Shown here one piece after another: positions 55,283 to 62,138 of a DNA stretch of 64,000 bases. Below the pieces are notes generated by a model, which made no database searches, was not told where the DNA came from, and worked only from the letters and a program-made list of their open reading frames with translations. A program made the position numbers and the translations under genes. Numbering within the stretch: the stretch's first letter is position 1; every line of letters starts with the position of its first letter. The stretch is from the NCBI GenBank assembly GCA_046753445.1, contig JBHHTQ010000002.1:19555-83554 (forward strand), in the 5' to 3' direction. The stretch comes from Anaerolineae bacterium (lineage in GTDB: Bacteria; Chloroflexota; Anaerolineae; Promineifilales; Promineifilaceae).

Positions 55283-55903
55283 ATGAACATACAAGGCAAA
55301 GCGATCAGCAAACGGGCGGCACAGACCGGCCCTTCGGTAGATGAGCGAAATCGGGGGCAAAGCCTGGTGGAAGTGGCGCTAGCGCTGCCGTTTTTGTTGA
55401 TTTTATTCCTGGGGATGGTGGAGGTTGGCTGGTATATGTACGCGGCCAATATTGTGCACAATACGGCCCGCGAAGGCGCGCGCGTTGCCGCCAAGGAAAA
55501 CGTATTAGATCCCAAGACCATTCAAGATTGGGCTTCTCTGGTGTTGACAGATGTGATCAAATCAACCTCGAATGATTACATCAGTCCCAACAGCACGAAC
55601 GATACCGTCATCGTCACACGCGCCACGTCCAACAGCCAGGGGTCGTTAACGTATTGCGAATCCATGTCGGCCGTCTGGCCCGATACAGGCAGCCCCGGCC
55701 CCGATACATCCAGGGTTTCCTGTGCGGACCTGCAGGCCAAAATCATCCAGATGGGTGTTGACTTAGGCGGGTCTTTTGGTACCGACGATTTTATCGTCGT
55801 GGAATATTTTCATCACCATGACCCGCTTTTTGGCCTGACCGTTGTCGCGCCTCAGGGATTGACGCTGTATTCATATTCGATCATGCGGATTATTGGACAA
55901 TAA
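55283..55903 (+). CDS. TadE-like pseudopilin
   Basis: G/QSLVEVALALPFLLILFLGMVEVGWYMY...TAREGARVAA. Confidence 0.8.
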   Translation: MNIQGKAISKRAAQTGPSVDERNRGQSLVEVALALPFLLILFLGMVEVGWYMYAANIVHNTAREGARVAAKENVLDPKTIQDWASLVLTDVIKSTSNDYISPNSTNDTVIVTRATSNSQGSLTYCESMSAVWPDTGSPGPDTSRVSCADLQAKIIQMGVDLGGSFGTDDFIVVEYFHHHDPLFGLTVVAPQGLTLYSYSIMRIIGQ

Positions 55904-55932
55904 GTCACAATTGCCCTGTGGAGGGTAATGTT

Positions 55933-58398
55933 ATGAAGATGAAGAAGATTCTGTCGGGTAACCGGTTCCTATCTCGAAAAGAGCCTGGACAGGCGCTCGT
56001 GATCATTGCCTTTGCCATGATTGGATTGATAGCTATCACGGGCCTAGCAGTGGATGGTGGCATCCTGTGGTATAACCAGACGCTGTTGAACGGCCGTGCC
56101 GATGCGGCCGCGCTGGCTGGTGGGCAGGAACTCACATTGGCCGATGAAGCGCGCGCCAAGGCGGAACAGTACCTGTATCTGAACGATATTGTTGATGTAC
56201 CCAGCGGGGGAGATACGGAGATCGTCATCTCTTTCGGGCGTCGTCGTTTTGACAATGACGTGATTGTTGTAGACCTATACAAGGATCAGAAACTGGCCTT
56301 TATGCCTGTCCTGGGCTTTGATACTGTGAAATTACATGCTCATTCGGCCGTGCTCGCTACATCCTGGGCGTCTGATCAGCATTGGAGCCTCTTCCGCGGC
56401 GGTTGCGGCCGTACCGGATACCAGGACGCCAGCTGGACCCACACCTACAATCAGGCTTCCCAGGGTGACTTCCAGTTGAATTACTTATGGGGCTTCCGCT
56501 GGGACTTGAACGGCGATACCGAAAATCACCGCTCAACGCCCGTGATAGGCACACATCCCCTCATTGCCAGCAACCGGCCAATCGCGTATATCGGGACCAA
56601 TGGTCCTTCAAAAAATGGAGTTGGCGGCGGGGTGATGGCCTTCAATGCCGCCGATGGCAGCCAGCTCTGGTTCACTGTTCTCAATACAATGGTTCGCTCC
56701 TCACCCTTCTTCCTCGATGATCAGGCGGTGACCAATGATGCCAATCAAGGGTTCCCTATGATTATCGTCGCCGGTCATAATGGTCATGAATATGCCCTGG
56801 ATGCCCGCGACGGAAGCATCGTCTGGGATACGCCCGGAATTTCCTCAGACGCCTTGGAGAGTGGAACGCAGAAGTACCGCTCCTCTCCCGTTTATTCCTG
56901 CGGCCAGATCACCATTGGCGGCGTTACGTATGATGGTGTGATCTTCAATGGCACCTACGGCGGCAATATCTACGCATATGATGCAGAAACAGGCGCTGTT
57001 TTGTGGCGTTCCACGCCTTTGCCGTCTCTGGCATCTACCTGGGTGACAACAGGCAATGATACACTCGCCCTGAGCCGCACACGCATCACTGGCCCATTTT
57101 ACGGTACGGCGAACTATGTGGAAGATACCGACTTCGCCAATGCGGGGTACGCAGAAGGGGTAATTTTCATTTCCTCTTTTGGAGAGAGTGGCAAAGGGGG
57201 AGGCGGCGGCACCGATGTGGATATTTGGTCCGCAGGACAGAAAACGTCTCCGTTAGATTACACCTTTTCCCCTGGTGAGAAAGATGTGGAGAGAACCATT
57301 CAAACCGGTGCGCAGAAGAATTTGGTCTTTGTTTTCAAAAATAATGCACAAGGAGGGGCGGGAAACTACGATATTCAAGTTTGGTTTGAAGGATGTGGAG
57401 CCGATTCGATCTTGCTTTCAGCCGGGGATGGCTCTGCCTGCGGCGGCGTTATCACCTCCACGCTGGCGTTGAGCGTTAGCGGGAAGCGAGTGACTCTCCC
57501 CATTTCTCAAGGGTCAGATCCCAACCCACAAAAGATCAGCCGCGTCTGGATTTCCTGGCCGGACGGGTCCAATAAAGACCTGGAAGTGATTTACTTTAAC
57601 GACGCTGCGACCGGCAGCTTTATCGACTCTCCCTATATTTATGCCTTGGACGCGGCAACCGGGGAGCATATCTGGTACGATATTCTCGATGATTACACGG
57701 CTCCTACAAACCCGTCAGATCGGAACTCTAACGCCGTAGGCAAGATTGATACGAATCGAGATGGAACGCCAGATCAATGGCGCGTGTTTGCCAATCCAAC
57801 GGATGAGTATCTGTATGCGTACAACGCCATCACAGGAACCCGGTTGTGGCGGGCGCATACCGGGGCCGATAACCATCGGAGCGACCCGGCAATTTACCGC
57901 AACATCGTCTTTGGCGGTAACAATGAGGGCGTCTATGCTCTGGATGGCGTAGACGGCTTTTCCATCTGGGATGGCGTGGATAGCGACGGGGCTGGCGATG
58001 CAGATCACGCCAATCCACGCCTTGGTGACACCAATCCCGGTGGCGGGCCGGCGTACAATGCGCTGGGTACCCGGCTCATTCCCGGCGGGGTGAAGTCTGC
58101 CCCGGCCGTTGTGGACGGCATTATCATGGTAGGCGCGAATCAGACCAGTTTAGGCGGAAGCGGTGGCAGCATGTGGGGATTATGGTGGCAGGATGGACAT
58201 GACCTGGGCCATTTTGATACGAACCTCTATGATGGGTCTGGGCCTTGTGTTGAACCAACCTGCCCCGGCACGAACAAGGGTAAGGGAGATGTGCGCTCTG
58301 GCGTGGTGGTAGGCCCAGACGGAAATGTGTATTTTGGCGCGCAAGATGGCGCTTTGTACCAGTTGATCGTGACGCGGCGTTTAGTTTTAATTGAGTAA
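55933..58398 (+). CDS. TadG-like pseudopilin N-domain fused to a PQQ-like beta-propeller ectodomain
   Basis: N-terminal GQALVIIAFAMIGLIAITGLAVDGGILWYNQTLLNGRADAAALAG (TadG/Tad_N). Repeated D-x-x-x-G-x-x-(L/I/V)W blades: AADGSQLW, ARDGSIVW, AETGAVLW, AATGEHIW, AITGTRLW, GVDGFSIW. Confidence 0.8.
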   Translation: MKMKKILSGNRFLSRKEPGQALVIIAFAMIGLIAITGLAVDGGILWYNQTLLNGRADAAALAGGQELTLADEARAKAEQYLYLNDIVDVPSGGDTEIVISFGRRRFDNDVIVVDLYKDQKLAFMPVLGFDTVKLHAHSAVLATSWASDQHWSLFRGGCGRTGYQDASWTHTYNQASQGDFQLNYLWGFRWDLNGDTENHRSTPVIGTHPLIASNRPIAYIGTNGPSKNGVGGGVMAFNAADGSQLWFTVLNTMVRSSPFFLDDQAVTNDANQGFPMIIVAGHNGHEYALDARDGSIVWDTPGISSDALESGTQKYRSSPVYSCGQITIGGVTYDGVIFNGTYGGNIYAYDAETGAVLWRSTPLPSLASTWVTTGNDTLALSRTRITGPFYGTANYVEDTDFANAGYAEGVIFISSFGESGKGGGGGTDVDIWSAGQKTSPLDYTFSPGEKDVERTIQTGAQKNLVFVFKNNAQGGAGNYDIQVWFEGCGADSILLSAGDGSACGGVITSTLALSVSGKRVTLPISQGSDPNPQKISRVWISWPDGSNKDLEVIYFNDAATGSFIDSPYIYALDAATGEHIWYDILDDYTAPTNPSDRNSNAVGKIDTNRDGTPDQWRVFANPTDEYLYAYNAITGTRLWRAHTGADNHRSDPAIYRNIVFGGNNEGVYALDGVDGFSIWDGVDSDGAGDADHANPRLGDTNPGGGPAYNALGTRLIPGGVKSAPAVVDGIIMVGANQTSLGGSGGSMWGLWWQDGHDLGHFDTNLYDGSGPCVEPTCPGTNKGKGDVRSGVVVGPDGNVYFGAQDGALYQLIVTRRLVLIE

Positions 58399-58413
58399 CA
58401 ATAATAAACGAAC

Positions 58414-58445
58414 GAGCCGGGTTTCTGGGTTAAGAAACCCGGCTC
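58414..58445 (-). terminator. intrinsic terminator for selC, also closing the convergent TadG-like gene
   Basis: Perfect 12-bp stem GAGCCGGGTTTC-8-nt loop-GAAACCCGGCTC. On the minus strand it is followed by GTTCGTTTATTATTG. Confidence 0.75.
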
Positions 58446-58454
58446 CTCTCTTCA

Positions 58455-58552
58455 GGCGGGAGTGGATGGGAGTCGAACCCACCGCCGCTTGCTCTGCGCA
58501 ACCGGCCGCCAGTTTTGAAGACTGGGGCACCCACCGGGATACAACCACTCCC
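58455..58552 (-). tRNA. selC: tRNA-Sec (anticodon UCA)
   Basis: Hand-folded: 8-bp acceptor GGGAGTGG/CCACTCCC; 6-bp D-stem GTATCC/GGGTGC with the 4-nt loop CGGT; anticodon stem CCAGT/ACTGG with loop CTTCAAA (anticodon TCA); 26-nt variable arm; 5-bp T-stem GTGGG/CCCAT with loop TTCGACT; discriminator G. This is the bacterial 8/5 tRNA-Sec architecture. Confidence 0.92.
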
Positions 58553-58671
58553 AATCTCAAGTGTACCGCAATCAGCTTGATTTGTGTAAGTGGGTCATGT
58601 TAAGATGAGGGTGTTTTTACCTCGTGTTTTGACCTGCTCGAGTTTGGGGATATGGTTGAGAGGAGGCGTTC

Positions 58672-59043
58672 ATGAGCAACCTGAGACGTGTGTTTGAGGT
58701 CGTTTTTGTGCTGTTAAGCGTGGTGGGTTTGTTCGTTACTGTGTTTGTCGTCGTGGGCAAGGAGACGTTGGTTCCGCAAGAATATCCACCTCCGCCAGTG
58801 GGGTGCGACGCTTACCCATCTTATCCGGGTGCAAGCTCTGGTGTTAATCCATATGTTGGCCCGTATCCTGGGTGTGTTTATTTGCCGGTGGTAGAGGGCG
58901 GTAATGCTGCTGGCAATCCTGTGGCGACGCCCACACCGACGTTTACGCCAACGCCAACTCCGACGCCTACACCCACACCGACGCCTACACCTACACCCAC
59001 GCCGACGGCTACGCCTTGTGGGTATCCACCCTGTACGCCGTAG
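58672..59043 (+). CDS. small membrane-anchored protein with (Thr-Pro)n repeat and four Cys
   Basis: GAGAGGAGG RBS, N-terminal TM helix, 30-residue TP repeat. No family assignment. Confidence 0.5.
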   Translation: MSNLRRVFEVVFVLLSVVGLFVTVFVVVGKETLVPQEYPPPPVGCDAYPSYPGASSGVNPYVGPYPGCVYLPVVEGGNAAGNPVATPTPTFTPTPTPTPTPTPTPTPTPTPTATPCGYPPCTP

Positions 59044-59315
59044 CTGCTTTGTCAGGAGAACGGACGGCCGCAAATACTCCAGCTATGATGGCAGTGTAAC
59101 CCTCGTTAGACAGAAACAATAGGCTGGGCTATACTAGATTCCCATCATTTTAGCCTGCTAAATGAAAGCTGAATTGTAGCCTCGCTCTGCAGAGGGCGGG
59201 GTTATTTGATCTAAATTTGAACGTGCGCAGGGTTGATGCTCTTTCTGCACCATACACCTGTCCGGTTGGCGATTGGGAAATTGCCACGCATCACTGTATC
59301 TTAGAGAGGATAAAT

Positions 59316-59792
59316 ATGAAACTCGAAGATAACGTACTCTATGTAACTAAAGAAGGGTTGCAGAAGATCAAGGAAGAGTTAGAGTTTCTGACAACGGTAA
59401 AGCGGGAAGAACTGGCGGCCAAGCTTGAGGCAGCTATTGCTCAGGGCGATCTGAGTGAAAATGCGGATTACCATGCTGCCAAAGAAGAGCAGGGATTTGT
59501 GGAAGGTCGTATTCGCGATCTAGAAGATTCTTTGCGGCGGGCCAAAGTGATTGAGGAAAATGGGCCATCGGACATTGTTCGCGTTGGCAGCATCGTTACT
59601 GTAGTTGAAGAGGGGCATGATGAGACAGAAACGTATAACATTGTTGGCCCCCATGAAGCAGACCCCAGCAACGGCCGTATTTCTAACGAATCGCCTTTTG
59701 GCCGCGCTTTACTGGGAGCCAGGAAAGGGCAAGTCGTGAGTGCTAATACGCCTGCCGGGGAAATTCGGCTGCGCGTCAGAGCGATTGAATGA
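59316..59792 (+). CDS. greA: transcription elongation factor GreA
   Basis: LTKEGLQKIKEELEFL...AIAQGDLSENADYHAAKEEQ...SPFGRALLGARKG. GAGAGGA RBS before ATG 59316. Confidence 0.95.
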   Translation: MKLEDNVLYVTKEGLQKIKEELEFLTTVKREELAAKLEAAIAQGDLSENADYHAAKEEQGFVEGRIRDLEDSLRRAKVIEENGPSDIVRVGSIVTVVEEGHDETETYNIVGPHEADPSNGRISNESPFGRALLGARKGQVVSANTPAGEIRLRVRAIE

Positions 59793-59820
59793 CGATGTGC
59801 ACGGAGCTAAGCATTGAAAA

Positions 59821-59856
59821 GGGCCGCTCTAAAAAAGAGCGGCCCTTATTTTGTTT
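59821..59856. terminator. bidirectional intrinsic terminator between greA and the convergent ClC gene
   Basis: GGGCCGCTCT-AAAAA-AGAGCGGCCC followed by TTATTTTGTTT. The opposite strand also has a T-run. Confidence 0.85.
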
Positions 59857-59890
59857 ACGGCTGACGACTCGTTTCCGCATTGATGCAATG

Positions 59891-61981
59891 TTACGCTCCC
59901 ATCCCATCGCTGGCCGGTTCGGGTTTCTTTTTCCCAAGAAGGCACTCTTGCAGGAGATGTTCCTCTTGCTGCCGCACAAAAACAGTCACCAGGTCGTCAG
60001 GCTGAATGACCGTATCCCCATGGGGGATGAATACATTTCCGTAACGGCGAATGGACACAAACACACAATCTCGCGGCAGCTCAGGCGCTAAAGAGGCTAC
60101 AGTTCGATGAGCGGCCGCGCTGTCAGGCTGTATTTTGACTTCCACAAATTCAGTGCCGTCCACGTGCCGTAAACGAATCAGATCCTCATCAAATTGGCCT
60201 TTCGCACGGCGGGCCAACACGATGTTATACGCACGAATCACATCTCGCCGTCGAACGACGCCGACCACCCGCCGTGGGTTATCGCGTGAGACGACGGGCA
60301 TTTTGTTTACTCCGCGAATGCCAAGCCGCTGCACGACCTCAGCCAGAGGCTCATCTTCATATGTGATCAGCAAGTCGCCCATCGTGGCAAAATCTTTTAC
60401 TTTGATTTCATCATTGCTTGCATAATGTTGGCAAGCCCGTTCATAGTCGCGCAAGCTCACCATACCAACCAGATTGAAATCCTCATCTACAACAGGGAAA
60501 CTATGGGCGTGGGTTTGTTGAAAGTAATTGCCCAATTGATCAATGGTCATCTCTGCCTGAACCACGTACACATCGCGTGTCATTGCCTCTCCCACGGGCA
60601 CGCTTTGCATCAGGTCCAGATCACGGCCGCGTTGTAGGGAAATCCCTCGCAGTTTTAGCTTGAGCGTGTAAATGGATTCGCTGAAGAGGTGCTCAGCCAG
60701 CAGTGTGGATAATACGGTGACTAACATGAGAGGCAGGATGAGCTTGTAATCGTTGGACATCTCAAAGACAATGAGAACGGCCGTGATCGGCGCGCGCGCT
60801 GCTCCCGCGAAAACGGCCGCCATCCCCACAATGGCATAGGCCCCTGGATCAACCACCGTGTTGGGCCAGATAGTTTGTGCCACAGACCCCACCATGCCTC
60901 CCAGGATGGCGCCCATAAACAGACCCGGAGCAAACACGCCGCCGGAGTTACCCGACCCCAACGTAAAGCTGGTAGCCAGCAGCTTCAATACAAGCAGCAC
61001 GCCCATCAATCCCAGAGGTAGCGTGAAGTCCCGGGCAATTGCCTCACCTATAAATTCCAGGCCCGGCCCCAAAACTTCTTTCTCTGACAGCAGCATGGCA
61101 ACCGCACCGGTCAGAACCAGACCGATAGCTGTCTTAAAGTACAAAGGAATATCCCATTCGTCGAAAACGCCCTCTAACCAGTAGAGCAGGCGAATAAATG
61201 CAACGGCAACAAGCGCTGACAGGATACCCAGCACGACGTAAATTGGGATTTCGGATAAATGGCTTAAGGGATAGGCGGGGAGATTAAAGGCTGGTTTATC
61301 TCCAAGAAAAATACGCCCTACAATACTGGCGGCCACCGAACTCATGACAACCGCACCGAAATACCGCACTGTAAACTGACCCAGAATGACCTCTAAGGCG
61401 AAGATAGCGCCTGCGATTGGCGCATTAAAGGTAGCCGCAATCCCGGCGGCCGCGCCACACGCCACCAGCGTGCGAACGCGCTCCCCAGAGAAATGGAGCA
61501 GTTGTCCTAATGTAGACCCCAGCGCAGAACCAACCTGCACAATAGGGCCTTCACGCCCAGCCGATCCTCCGGCGCCAATCGTAACAGACGATGCCAAAAC
61601 CTTGATAGCTGCGACTTGTGGCCGGATTCGGCCGCCTTTTAAAGCGATCGCTTCCATTACCTCAGGGACGCCATGCCCCTTTGCTTCGCTCGCCCACTTT
61701 TCAATGAGGTAGCCGACAATGAGGCCGGCAATAGCCAAAAATGAAAACAGACCGACGAGGTTACCAAGAATGCTTTGCACATAAAGCGAAAAATCTTCGA
61801 TTTGGCCTAATAACCAGATAAAAAAGACGGCTCCTAGTCCGGTACCAGCCCCGACAACTAATGCAGTCACCACTAAGACTAGAGAGTCAGGCGGTTGGAG
61901 CCGGTCAAGCGTTCGACGAGCTCGCTGACTGCGTAGCCACATGGTGTCTACTGACACTCCAGACATCCTTAAAAACATCAC
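59891..61981 (-). CDS. ClC family chloride channel/antiporter with two CBS domains and a TrkA-C-like C-terminal domain
   Basis: GREGP and GVFAPGLFMGA selectivity motifs, a CBS pair (FPVVDEDFNLVGMVSLRD; MPVVSRDNPRRVVGVVRRRD), and a TrkA-C-like tail. Confidence 0.92.
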   Translation of the reverse strand: MMFLRMSGVSVDTMWLRSQRARRTLDRLQPPDSLVLVVTALVVGAGTGLGAVFFIWLLGQIEDFSLYVQSILGNLVGLFSFLAIAGLIVGYLIEKWASEAKGHGVPEVMEAIALKGGRIRPQVAAIKVLASSVTIGAGGSAGREGPIVQVGSALGSTLGQLLHFSGERVRTLVACGAAAGIAATFNAPIAGAIFALEVILGQFTVRYFGAVVMSSVAASIVGRIFLGDKPAFNLPAYPLSHLSEIPIYVVLGILSALVAVAFIRLLYWLEGVFDEWDIPLYFKTAIGLVLTGAVAMLLSEKEVLGPGLEFIGEAIARDFTLPLGLMGVLLVLKLLATSFTLGSGNSGGVFAPGLFMGAILGGMVGSVAQTIWPNTVVDPGAYAIVGMAAVFAGAARAPITAVLIVFEMSNDYKLILPLMLVTVLSTLLAEHLFSESIYTLKLKLRGISLQRGRDLDLMQSVPVGEAMTRDVYVVQAEMTIDQLGNYFQQTHAHSFPVVDEDFNLVGMVSLRDYERACQHYASNDEIKVKDFATMGDLLITYEDEPLAEVVQRLGIRGVNKMPVVSRDNPRRVVGVVRRRDVIRAYNIVLARRAKGQFDEDLIRLRHVDGTEFVEVKIQPDSAAAHRTVASLAPELPRDCVFVSIRRYGNVFIPHGDTVIQPDDLVTVFVRQQEEHLLQECLLGKKKPEPASDGMGA

Positions 61982-62138
61982 ACTTCCTTCTACAACTGTG
62001 GATTTCTCGGAGATTCACCGAGTTTGCTGGAATTCCCTACTTCCTGATTGTCGTCCGTAGGACAACTACGCATTTTACAACATCCACTGAAAATTGCACC
62101 CTCTTTGCGACGAGTTGGTAATCGAGAAACCGACTGAA

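Noticed and set aside
49979-58552. The Tad-like cluster as a genomic island integrated at the 3' end of selC.
   Set aside because: The orientation fits, since the selC 3' end faces the cluster, and the composition is somewhat atypical. However, no integrase is present. The only putative direct repeat is a 9-nt match (AGTGGATGG at about 50613), which is expected by chance. A terminator also separates selC from the cluster.
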